A stretch of DNA of 64,000 bases, from contig JAVECO010000003.1 in NCBI GenBank assembly GCA_051942205.1, forward strand, positions 186,001 to 250,000. Reading direction: 5' to 3'. The position numbers were made by a program, and so were the translations under genes. The stretch comes from Coniocarpon cinnabarinum. Lineage: Eukaryota. Shown here in pieces: positions 12,732 through 24,423 of this stretch. The first letter of the stretch is position 1. Each line of letters starts with the position of its first letter. The notes under the pieces were generated by a model. It made no database searches. It was not told the origin of the DNA and saw only the letters and a program-made list of their open reading frames with translations.

Positions 12732-13821
12732 TTACTTCGCTGTCGCTGCTGCTGGCAATGTTGCATGATCGGTGCTGTGACCAATAAGAGGCTTATGTCC
12801 CAGATTATCAGCCTGGACCTGCAGACATACGCCAGCGCCGGCGGCATTGCCTGTGAGTATAGCATTTGGCGTGATCTTCACCTGGGTAGCAATGTCGCCC
12901 GCTGCAAAGACGCCCCTGACGCTGGTCTCGTTGAACATTGTCACCATGCGCACGTTGCCCTCTGGCGTCAGCTCCACATCGAGCTGCTCGGCAAAAGGCC
13001 CACGTAAAGCGCTTCTCGGCGTGTGAGACAGAAACGCTTCCGTGGCGGTGGTGTCGTCCTCGAAATGGAGGATCATTTCGGCGCGATGTGGCGACTTTTC
13101 CAATCGTGTGATTTTGCGCGAGTCGATCTTTAGACGTTCATTTACGCTATCGCCCACAGTATCACGCACCTCGGATGCGAGTTTAGTAGATCCATGGGTA
13201 TAGAGCGTGACCGTTTGGCTCAGCTGAAGGGCGCTCCGGGCAAAGTGAAGGGCGGTCGGTACAGCTGCCAAGCGATCGACGGCTAACACACCTGAAGAAT
13301 GGGCACCACGTTCTTCGTAGCCGTGACAAAAGAGGCAGTGAAAGCTGGATCTACGTCAATCGTACATCTCGCACAAGTTTGGAAAGTCGGAGCCGGCCGG
13401 AACACACGTACATGCCACTCGGCCACGCCTCTGCATAGCCCTGGATGTCAGGGTAGACATCTATGCAGCCTGAGGCCAGCACTACCTTGGATCCATACCA
13501 GGATTTTCCGTCGTTGTCGACAAGACGAAACGCGTCTTGTGATTTGCAAGAACCTGTGGCGGACTTCTCCACACGCTTCACTGCCGTATCACAGAATGTG
13601 ACTGTGTCGTAGTTGTTGAGGATGTTCTCGCGCGACGCCTGGCGAAAGGCAGCTGGACTCTTGTGGTCCCACGTTGGGAGTGTATGCATGTGCTCAGTGC
13701 CGTCATTGTGGTACTCATGAGAGTCAAACACAGCTGCGGTGTGCACCTGACGAGCCATGGTCAAGGCGGCCGTCAAGCCCGCGGGGCCTCCGCCGATGAC
13801 CAGAGCATCAAAGTGAGTCAT
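12732..13821 (-). CDS. gliT: FAD-dependent dithiol oxidase/thioredoxin-reductase-like protein, GliT-like (one intron near 13345-13411)
   Basis: VIGGGPAGL FAD motif; spliced GIFHCLFCHGYEER (CxxC); ETSVRGVFAAGD. Confidence 0.88.
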
Positions 13822-14052
13822 GGTATCAGTGTGAAGTCAGAACGAATTGGAGATCGTTGAATGCGATATGAGAAGACCCGAGTGAGAGTTAGCGAGGGTG
13901 AGTTGTTTGATCCAAGAACTGTTGCCCACGCTCCGCCACTCATCAGCACCTTGCCAGCCACCAAGAGGTAGGTAATTGCTACGTCGTGACCCACCCACCG
14001 AGTCATTTTACCTCATTCTTCTACCACTCGGCTAGAGACCAATCAACGTTGT

Positions 14053-14063
14053 TCGGCCCCCGA
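14053..14063. promoter_or_regulatory. GliZ-type site TCGG-CCC-CCGA
   Basis: Exact motif in the divergent promoter between gliT-like (ATG 13821) and the MFS relic. Confidence 0.7.
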
Positions 14064-14489
14064 TGTGACTATTCCCTGTTGCGGCATTCTTGCGACCTCG
14101 TTACGCGGTTGGCACGGTCAGGCGGAATGGCAGATCAGGGCAGACCGGAAATTGGGCCTACGCCGACACGTATTTTTCTCCCTGCCGTCCTCATCTCACA
14201 TCAGACTGTACGTACAAATCTCCTATACTCCCCACGCGCTCATGTTCTCATCGGGGTTGAGGAGCCTCGACACTTGCAGTCGAGTCGAATGGTCGTTTGC
14301 ACACCTTGCTAACACCTACCGACGGAGTACGCACATAAAGACGAGATGGTGGTTAGACTGACTTCCTGAATGCCGGTGATACGTGTGAGAAAATCACCCC
14401 GATTGCTCCAGTGGCCGAGAAGTCTTCCCCCACAGAGGTTTGTTGACAGCATTCGCTACCGCGCTCGAAGTCACTCACTGCGTCGCCTG

Positions 14490-14910
14490 TTACTACGGGA
14501 CTGCATGGGATCAGGGACACGCAATAAGCCTGGATCTTCAACTCGTTCCTTATCGCATCGACCGCTACGCAGCCCATGCTAGCTCGGGTTTGGAATATCT
14601 TTGGCTGACGCTGGGCCATCATTATTCTCACTGCCTTTTCCATCTTGGGAAACGGCATCGCCCTGGGTGCCGCCAATGTGTCGATGCTCATTGTGGGCCA
14701 CATCATCTGGAAGATAGGCGCCGGCACCAAGTCCGCTCTGGTAGTCACCGCCACTATCGATATTCACCTCAGCGTGGCACGTCGACGTCACTCTCGGACC
14801 ATCCATGGGCGGCGACCCCGCTGATGTCAGTTGGCGCCGAGTCTGCACTATCGTGTTGCCGAGTGGAAGTGTCTCTTTACTTGCCAAGCTTTTCTTCCTG
14901 CAATTGAAGC
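14490..14910 (+). pseudogene. DHA2-type MFS efflux transporter pseudogene (GliA-like family)
   Basis: Q*AWIFNSFLIASTATQPMLARVWNIFG*RWAIIILTAFSILGNGIALGAANVSMLIVG, then after a frameshift LGPSMGG..SWRRVCTIVLPSGSVSL; stops at 14525 (TAA) and 14606 (TGA). Confidence 0.75.
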
Positions 14911-15788
14911 ACCAGGTCGAACTACCGTAGGTATTATAATCAGATCGAGCCAACATTTCCCGAGCATAGAGTGCCAATCGTGTTTGAAGTACTGGTTTGT
15001 GGTACTGATAGATTGTGAGAATCTTGGTGCTGTCGACTAGCAGGGTCGCACGCCTCGATACTCTTTCTTGTAAACACACTTCTGGCAGGGGCCGTCGAAT
15101 AGATTCTCTTTTAGCAAGAAACCCTCTAGTACGTGCACCTTGCTATTTGTACATCAAAGCGCTTATAGGCAGTTTTGAGTATACATCTATACATCAATAG
15201 CAGAATTCTATATTCTTTTCCCCAGACACTTACCCTTTTAACAACGTGACATACAGGGCATAACAAAGCATTTCACTAGCACGTGTCACAAAAGGATAAT
15301 CTGGCAAGACAAGCGCGCCTAATTGTTTTGTTAGCTTTAGAATACCAGTCTTCCACATGGCGGGAAGATCTTGAATTTCAGAGCTCGTTCCAAGTATGAC
15401 AAGATTCGTGGCATCTCTTCAGGCCGTGGCATGCAAATTAGCATGGTACACCAACACAGTAGCAACGCCAAGGAAGAGGTTCGACAATCATCTGAAAGAC
15501 CAGGCCTGCTTGCTGCCAAAGCAAACATGAACTTCGGATGCTGATATACCAGATGTGATGTTCATTTCTCCTATCAGTGGATAGCCACACTTTGGCATCT
15601 ACTAGAAGATGTGGCATGAAAGGGCTCATGGGGAGATCAGCATTTCTGGCAGAGGACGAAGGGAGTAGCGAATGCGGCGATAGTATCCGCTGCTTCTTGC
15701 AGCTTAAGATGCCTTCGAAGTCATGCCCGCAGTTTCAATTACCCATATCCAGTGTATTCGTGGGTCTTCTACTATTTCGGAGCATGGT

Positions 15789-17986
15789 TTAGGGCATGTC
15801 GTCAGAAACCCAATAACGTAAAACTTCATAAAGGTGGTCGATGATGGCGTCGTGTGCTTGTTGCCAGAAGTCAGGGCCTCCCTTCGAAGAACCTTGAGCT
15901 TGCAAGGCGAGCTCAAGACATTTTCGCACAGCATTTGAGTAATGCGGTCCGAGTTGGCTCTCGACTTGCTTGGCAATGTCCCATGCAGCTGCTCGCGGGG
16001 TTCCCTCGTGAGGCAAGTGATCTGGACCGCAAAACTTTTTATATTCAGCAAAACTCTCCAGAGGTTTGCCAAAGCAAAGCTCTTCTAGACAGATACTGAG
16101 GCGGATGAATGCCTCCTCAGCATCATGCTGAAGGGAGCGCGCAGCCTTGCCTTTGTCCGGGAAACGGCGTTCTAGCAATGCTGCGTGATTTCTTCGAGGG
16201 ACGCTCTGAGAGTCCAAGGCTAGCTGCAAGCTTTCCCAGTCTCCCCGATACCACGGAGTTTCAAAGATGTAGAAAAAGGATGATGCAAGGTCGATGGCTA
16301 ACTTCACTCTTTCGGGTATCGAAAGGGCTTTGAAATTTGATTGCACTGATCCGTGTCCAGCAGAACAATGCAGCAGATCAGAAAGATAGACCAAAGACGA
16401 GTTCGCAGTGAGATACGCATACGATGACTCAGTGGATGACACCACGACTTTGTTCCGACCTGTCTGCTCGTTAGCAAGCCGCGCAGTGGATGTGAAAGTC
16501 ATGCGCATGTGAATAGGATGGTACTCGCCTTCAGTAAAGGAACCCAGTGGATCTGAGTTACCGAGCACATGACCAGATTGCTTCAACATCATACATAGGG
16601 ACAAGTTCTCGGACGACTTTTTAGGAGGCACACTGGGTATGGGCTCTGACGAGGGAGCAGGCGTTGGCTCTAAGGATGATATACTTGAAAGCAGCGGACT
16701 GGGGTCTTGGAATTTGATTGCCTTCTTCTTTTTCTTCCAGAACTCCCATTTATGATTGTGGGTCGCTTGTGATTGCTGATTAGCTACGCTGCACGGTATG
16801 GTCACAACGCTTGAGGAGGTGCTCAGTCCTTTTAGCTCCTCCAGCGAGCAAGCAAGCGGGCCCTCCCAGGTCAAAACGCCCGCTGCTGGATCCTCAACCG
16901 CCATTGAAATCTCGAAGGGAGGCTCTTTCACAGGGTCACTGCGCCTCGGCTTGCCTTTCTTGCTAATCATTGATTTCTGTTTCAGGAAGACTCTTGCAGT
17001 ATGTGTGCCCTGGCAGCTGCAGGGCCATTGTTTTGCTAGGAATTCATACAGTGCAGTGGCTTGCTTGCGGAGCATATTGATGGGCAAAGATGAACATGTC
17101 GTGCGCTTTCGATCCAACTTCTCTAGCTTCTCGCCGCTACCTTGAAGTGCACCAAGCTTGGTATTGAGCCGCTCAATCTCGTCGATGATCTGATGGAGCT
17201 CATCACGTCCCCAGCTCACTCGAATTCTATCCCATTCGAATCTCCAGTCGATGCGTGGAGATTGCTTTAGAGACTGCTCGTCTGCATCGCCGCCATTGTT
17301 GAGGAAGAGAAGGATCTCGTGTCGCACGGTATCTGTAATGCCGAGCTGCTGTTGAAATTCCGCTATCTCCTGCCGCAAACTCTCTAGAGTTTCACAGTAG
17401 CTGCAACAGCGTTAGCCCACGGCTCAGAGCATTAGTGAACAGAAAAATTCATGTAATTTGCACAACAGTTCGACCATTCGCGGTGATTCTATTAAGTGTC
17501 ATGCTGCTGAGTAGGGTGCTAAGCCGCCTGGGCAACAAAAGCCATTGGTAATGGACACCTTGAGGACAGAGAATTGCTCATCTGACATTTCCCATGTCAT
17601 TACGGCACGTAGGAATTGGGAGTGAGAGAATTATCACGTGGTTACGGCCGTAAGCTGGCTTACCGTTGATAAACGTGGACATTGCCACGGCGCCTCTGCA
17701 GGGCTTCCTCCAGATCAGGATCTTTCCGAGCAGCACCCCCAGCCTTCAATTCACTAACAAGCTTCTCGAGTTCGTCGTCATCGTCGACAAGAGGGTTGAG
17801 GAGTATGCGCAGGTTCGTATCGAGTGCGGTCTCTTGGTACGAGATGCCATTCTCGAGCTTCGTGAAGGTTTTGCGAAAGCGCAGCCATGCGCCCAGTGGC
17901 TGACAGCCTTTCTTGTAGCCGTTCATGAGCTGCACCACGACTGGAAAGGCACCGAGCACAAGACCGGCTATCTCTAAGCCAGACAT
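15789..17986 (-). CDS. About 644-aa protein: HeLo-like hydrophobic N-terminal helical domain plus C-terminal pseudokinase-like (DUF7580-type) domain; intron 17401-17663
   Basis: N-terminus MSGLEIAGLVLGAFPVVVQL; GTAAGC donor, GCTAAC branch and CAG acceptor keep the frame; WPCSCQGTH; ERVKLAIDLASS..TPW..LSICLEELCFGKPL..YSNAVRKCL. Confidence 0.75.
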
Positions 17987-18717
17987 GCTTGCGCATTTCT
18001 GTGGACTGTCCCACGAAGACTGCTGAAGTGCTATTCTATTTCACAAAAGAGAGAGGAGCGGGAAAAGGAAGAAGGCTACCTACATGCATGCAAGGCGTCC
18101 AGTTGCCTCGCGGGGTTCCCTGCATGAGCTTCTAGCCCCGTGGCCCCCACAATTCACGTCTTCACTTACTTCTGACTGCTCCTTGCCGGTGATGCAAAAC
18201 AATTTTCAAGTCACTTGCTGCCTCCGTCATCGACTGAGTTTTGCAGGAGGAGCTGTGAAAGTCACTGGAAAGCGCAGACGTCGGGCAGTGCAGTATCCTA
18301 CTGGGCCACCAGCCTAGTTGTACACTGCAACCTCGTTCTTCAACCGATGCCTGACTCAGGTCAAAAGCTTTTGATAGAATCCTTCCTTGAATTCCTGGTT
18401 GATACAGAGTTGTCGTCTTACTCACGGAGGGCACGTCTTGCCGATTTGAGTATTCTCAACGAAAGCGACGTTGCTGCCTGGGTCACGGACAAAAGTCGTT
18501 GCTTGACTCAGCCTAAGCGACGAGCCTGTACGATGAGAATAATTCAGGACACAAACTCGCGAGTACACGGCAGTAGGCCTTTGTGAATGACAAGACGCTA
18601 AATAATAGTGCGGCAAGTACTACTCGAGTATCCTCTTACTGCTTGACAGCTTCCTACGTCTATCAGCACGGTGTTCCAAAGTGCAAGTGGCTCAGGAAAT
18701 CACCAAAGCCTTTCACG

Positions 18718-21700
18718 ATGGCCTCGTCAGCGCCAGGCCAGATAGCGCATGCGGTCCAGGAGAATCTGGACCTGTTTGCAAAGTCGCTGGAAACAATGGA
18801 GGGGGCGCCTTTGACTGCTTCTCAAGACAATCTGGGACGGTTTCGACTCTGGGCAGGAAACATTGGTGCGCTGCATACAGGTGAGTGACTCTTGTGTAGC
18901 CGGGCATACAGACTAGGGCTGTAGCTGTGTCAGAGGGTTGCAGTAAAGCTGGGCACAATTTCTGGCTGCAGGCACCAAGCATGAAAGTGCCTTGAGCCAT
19001 TAGGATGCAAATGGTGCAGCGAATGTCTCATGAGCGTTGCGGAACACTGAATGGCGCTGCGGCGAGAATCTGTGTCCTTGAACCTCGCAATAGTCTTTCC
19101 GCGCACAGTCATCTGGTCTTGGCCTCAGTGAGACGAGCATTGCGATTGAGCAAATGCAAGTTGACGCGTTGTAGAGCGTTTTGATTGGTGACTAGTATTT
19201 GCACGAGCTAATTCTGTTCTCAGGTCGAAGCTCCCTCAGCAATCGCCTGGGCGCATCACGACTAGTGCAAGAGATATCACGCCTCCTGGATCAATTGAAA
19301 GAATCTCTGCAATATCTGGTTGGGGACCAAGGTGGAGAGGCTCTTGAGGCGGAGGACTACGATGATATCTTCGATACGATGGCCTTGACTATCACAAGCT
19401 TACTCAAAACTTCAGCTCTGATCCGACATAATCCTGAGAGGGATCCCTGGAAGCGTATATTGTCTCGTCCTCCATGGTGCGTCTTGCATGTTTGCCATGC
19501 GTTCACCTGTACTCGGTGGCATCGTAATCCCGACTCCATCGCTGTTCGCCTTGTTCCCCAAGATCAAGGCGGATCGTATCTGCCTTGTTCGTGACGAGGA
19601 GTGCTGACATCCGCCGTTAGGCTCTCGCAACCGATGACCGATAATGCACTTCAAAGATGGCCGAAGCTCAGCCGTTCACCATGGCTGGCAGATCGTCTGG
19701 GCCTCGCAAACTCTCGGCGAAGGCAATTCTTCCAATATCGCGAGGAGCATGTCGCGAAGCTGGCCAAACCAGCGCAAGACGAAGTTTCTGAGACTGTTCC
19801 AACTACATTCGAAGGCAATCCTCAGGTGCAGTGGCAACAAGCTTCAGATGTTGTCCAAGATAACGCAGTGTCAGACACGACCTTTGCAACAACCTTCGGC
19901 CTCGACGAAAGCACAAAAATGACGATTCCACCACTTCCACCAAATCACGAGAAGTCCGAAGTAGAGTGCACACTGTGCCACAATATCATTGATTTACCCA
20001 ATGCGCGGGCTTGGAAGTTAGTATCACAAACGATCGGTGTCTAGACTTACTGATTGTTGATAGGAAACATGTCTATCGCGATCTTCGCCCATATGTCTGT
20101 ATGTTTGAGGAGTGTGACTTCCAGGTGTTTGATCATAGGCGAGACTGGCAGGAGCACGATGCCATTCAGCATCGTTGTGTCTATACATGTCCTCTATGTC
20201 ATGATCAGAAAAATGGCAAGCTAAGTCTTTCTCAACATTTGCAAAAAGCACATTCCTCCCACTTGAATGACTCATCGCGACAGTCTCTCATATCGAGTCT
20301 CCGTCCATCGAGACCAGTAATGACCGCCCAAATGTGTCTGTTCTGTGATAAATGGAACGAGGATCTCAGTCGTGATACGCATGCGCTTCCCCACGGTGAT
20401 TCCAAATTCTTGAATGGCTCGCCAATCGTATCAGAGAAGCAATTCGCCAAGCACGTCGGCCAACATATGGAGCAACTTGCACTGTTTGCACTCCCACGCG
20501 CTTATGAAGAAGATGAAACAGCCGCGAAACGAGGCGAAAACGACTCGCTTAGTAGAAGCAATTCGCGTTCTACTCCAACATCCGGAATAATTGAGGCCGC
20601 CGATGCCGCTATCGCTGAAGCTCGTAGAGGTCTCCAGCAAGACACAGACTTTGATAAGTCAAGTACAATTCCGCGTCCTCTGCATCAGGACATGGATCTA
20701 CAACGTCCCCCGCATCAGGACTCGGGTCTACCCTCTGTGGACGATGACTTCGATCTACAAGACTTTGTAGACTTTGACAAGTGGAATGACACGTCAAGTA
20801 AAATTCGAAGTCCCTTGCATCAGGACTCGGGTCTAAAAGAACTTGCATTTAACGAAGAAGACCTCTTGTCTAGACCTCGCTGTCAACGTTGCCGTAAAAG
20901 CAAAAAAGGTTGTGACCGTCAGCGCCCATGCGGCCGTTGTAAAGATGCTAGCATCGGCATCGAAGGCTGCATCAGCGAAGACGAAGACAATAGTCGCAAA
21001 GACCGAGTTGGTCAACAGATGGGCCTGTCTGCAGACAGACTCCCGCTCCACCTCCGCAGCGTTGCTCAGTCAGAGTCTGGTTCTACTGTACTTCCGGGAA
21101 GTTATTTCGATTTTGATTTTTCTCAGGCGGCTGATGGTCGCATAAACTACAAGTAGAGGCCCTTGATACAGCCGAATCCGTCTCAAGACAGCCCAACGAG
21201 TGAACGGTCTTCGCACGATCGCGGTCGCGACATGGAGAGCTACCTTCGAGAACGTGAATTACTGGAAAATCAGCAGCTATCTGACGCAATGACTGGGATG
21301 CCGCGCGTCATCGAAGAAGAAAAGAAACTTGGCGAGGAAACAAGGCAGGGACCTGTGTCAGGACGATCAAAATCAATCAAAGATGCGAAAGACGAACCGG
21401 GAAACGCCAAGCATTGGGAGTACAATCAAAAAGCTACGCGCGCAGGTGAACATGTCGCGGTGCAAACGGAGGCGCAAAAGAATCAGGAAGCTGAAGAAGA
21501 AGGGGGAAAGAAGGAGATGGGAGAAAAACAAGCGAAATGGGCACGCGTCTTGCGAATTGGAGAGGAGGAAGAAGAGATGGAAAAGAAAAAGAAAGGAGAG
21601 GCAAGTCAGCAGGAGCTGGCACGTAAAAGGACGAAGGTGGAGGAACAAGAAGAAGAAGAAAAAGAAGCAGAGGAAGAAACAGCAAGAAGGAGGGAAGAGC

Positions 21701-22317
21701 CCGAACTAATAGAAGGGCAACCGAAACAGAAGGAAAGGGATACAGGAGAGCAAGAAGCTCAACAAGACCCGTATTTCCCGGGCTCAAAATTAGAGAAGAC
21801 CAAAGAGGTCAAAAAGCCGCACAAAAAAAGTCTCGGTCAACGCAAAAAGGAACCCACCTATCCGAAAATCCATCAAGATGATATTGAAATTGCAACGCTG
21901 AGACAGTATGACATACCCTATGAACGCGACTTCAATGACCCAAAGTACATAATTCTGTTGGAAGAGCTTACGGTCGGGGAGACGGACATTCTGTTCCATC
22001 ACACCAAAAAACTTCGGAGAAAAAGACTGCGCGAGGAACCGCGGTCAGCTTCGTCTCAGCAAGAAGCCGACCGCCATGTTAGAACACCGCGACGTCGCCC
22101 CCGTTTCGAGCGAGAATGGCGCTACGTCGGTGATCAGTCACACAATGAGATCATTGCCTCGCGGAACCTACCTCGCCAAGCTGTGGGCAGTCCGGTGTGG
22201 GAGCGGGATGATGAGCAGGAAAGCAAGTCTTCACTGAAAGATTTGACGAAGCAGTATGGAGCTCCTCCTCGAGCTATTCCTCGTCCTCGTCCCGCGCGCG
22301 AAGAGCGGTATGTGTAA
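18718..22317 (+). CDS. Mosaic protein: N-terminal helical domain, C2H2 zinc fingers, Zn2Cys6, E/K-rich coiled coil, DUF8035-like module; in-frame TAG at 21154-21156
   Basis: Exons 18718-18880, 19224-19476, 19621-20016 and 20064 onward (canonical introns); GRFRLWAGNIGA; RLGLANSRRRQFFQYR; ECTLCH..WKKHVYRDLRPYVC; KHVGQHMEQLALFALP; CQRCRKSKKGCDRQRPCGRC; ORFs 20011-21156 and 21163-22317 share one frame. Confidence 0.7.
20640..20835 (+). repeat. Imperfect internal repeats (three HQD(S/M)(G/D)L units, two DFDK..SS(T/K)I units)
   Basis: GCATCAGGAC occurs three times (about 20682, 20712, 20817); GACTTTGAYAAGT occurs twice. Confidence 0.7.
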
Positions 22318-23112
22318 GATCATCCCGATGTAGTCATCGGTGAAAGCGGAAAGTCTGGTGTCCAATCCCGTTCGAGCTACAACCAGCCCCGTTCAATCTT
22401 ACAAAGAGATCGACGGTACTGGGAGGACGTGGATCCAGATCTAAATTTAAAATCTGTTCGCGGCTTCGACCGCATTTCTCGACAAAGAGGCAGTGACCTT
22501 GAAAGCCCGACAGAGAGTAGAACCCGTGCTCGGTCTTTTTGACGAGGAAGGTGATGCTATCACCAGAAATTGCCGGTGGCACCGTTAGTGCAATTGAACT
22601 CTCATCGACTTGTCGAGAACAGGGCAGACTGCGGTAGCCACATACCCGTTCATCAACAAGACGAGATGTTGCCTCAGTGCTCGGGATGTTCGGATTGGTC
22701 TGGCACAACATGCTACTGTACGGTATCCTTCGATTTGGGGAGGCCAATGGTCTTCGGGTAGCGCTTTGAATCAACAGTATTCCTGGTCATGGTCACAGCC
22801 CTGTCGCTCAGATCTGAGTACCAAAGTAGGACAGCTTGCACAAAGACAAAGGTGGCGCAATCCTACAGTATTGGTAACGGGTGATGATTCGAGGTAGGAA
22901 GTCTCTCATTCCTTGTTAAAGAGTAAACTACTAGTTTCGTGCTCACGGACAGAGCCCGGATCAGTCATTAGACATACGCACAATTCATGCTCCCACTTAC
23001 GCTTCAATTTGACCTACCTTGAGACCTACCTCGACCTGACAAACTTCAAAAGGTCCATACAATAGGTTCTCCCAAGCCATGGTGTCCGTTTCGAGAGACT
23101 AATACAACGCCT

Positions 23113-23775
23113 TCAACGCTTTGCCGTACGTGCCTGCTCAAAAGCCACCGCAAACCTATCCGCAGCTTCAAATGCCTCTTCCATCGCATGATCGAGATCC
23201 GTCGGGGCATCAGTCGTATTGCCATCCCGCAGAGTACAAATATTCCAAGCTGCATCAGCAGGTTCAGACGACACCTTGTAATCTCGCGTATTTAAGTGCA
23301 AGGAGATGGCATTACTTCGCGGACGCATGGCGCCCTTGCGATCAGGGCCATGCCGATCATTACTCACAAACTCCATCGAATCCAATCCCAACGGCTCGAA
23401 GACCGCATCGTCCAATGCCGGCAATTTCGGCGCCCGATGAGATAATGATGACGACGAGCCGGACGCTTCTGCGATACTTTCGAGCTCGCTAGGCTGGTAG
23501 GGCTCATACGGTCGATAGGGCGTATACGGCCGATAAGGTGAGTAAGTCGGAGAAGGCGGTCGAGCATGTCGCGTCAGATGAAGTGGATGCAATCGCTCTT
23601 TCAGACGACGATGCGAGGTCATGCGACCGAGGACGCCGACTGTAGCTAGGACGGGCACATGATCGTTCTGACCTGTTGGAAGGATCGGCTCGTTTTTGTA
23701 GGCTCGACGGAGGGAGCCGAGGGCTTGTCGACGGCGGATGACTTTGTGCTGGTTGCTTGGACGTGAGGGTGCCAT
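23113..23775 (-). CDS. Hypothetical low-complexity protein (about 220 aa) with PY repeats
   Basis: Open ORF containing SPTYSPYRPYTPYRPYEPYQPS; no recognisable domain. Confidence 0.5.
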   Translation of the reverse strand: MAPSRPSNQHKVIRRRQALGSLRRAYKNEPILPTGQNDHVPVLATVGVLGRMTSHRRLKERLHPLHLTRHARPPSPTYSPYRPYTPYRPYEPYQPSELESIAEASGSSSSLSHRAPKLPALDDAVFEPLGLDSMEFVSNDRHGPDRKGAMRPRSNAISLHLNTRDYKVSSEPADAAWNICTLRDGNTTDAPTDLDHAMEEAFEAADRFAVAFEQARTAKR

Positions 23776-24423
23776 TTTCTTACCTGATGAAGAATTCAAT
23801 CTTCAGAATAGCTTTCAAGATGGCTGAGATTATAGTCTCGATAGAAGCGACTGTTGGTGTGTTCAGTGAGGGTGAAGAGGGATCGTGCATGGAAGAAGAA
23901 TACGCCCATGATGAGATGTTTGGACCTTCCTGTCGTTGTGTCTGCACTATGCGACCACGACCGCATGATCGCACGGTCATGGCTGAGGCTTCGCCCGTCA
24001 TAGTTGGTTATGACTTTGTTTGTTCACACAGTGTTCGGCGCCGATGTTACCGCTACTGAAGTTCGCACAAAGCTCATGAATGCAGTGGTGAGTGAGTGTA
24101 TTGGATCAGTCTCAGCTTATGGCCGAACACGCGACCTGTTTCAACAAGGCTGAAGAGTTATTTGCTAGTCCGCTCTGTAAGTCAGTAGAGATGCGCACGC
24201 CTTGCATGCATTCCAAGATGTTTCATGTTCATCAGCCATCCTATTACCCTACTACTCCTGGTAGGATGACACGTCCCGCGCGTTTCGTGTCGAGGAATGC
24301 ATCGCGCCTGACCATTTCTTGCCAGCCACACCCACGTCTTGCAAGCCCTCCCTTCAATGAACACATTAAATTCGAACCACTTGTAACTTCCAAGATGAAA
24401 TCTTTACTTGACGTGCCACTGAG

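Noticed and set aside
23490..23560. SPTYSPY similarity to the RNA polymerase II CTD heptad
   Set aside because: One partial match followed by tripeptide PY repeats; low complexity.
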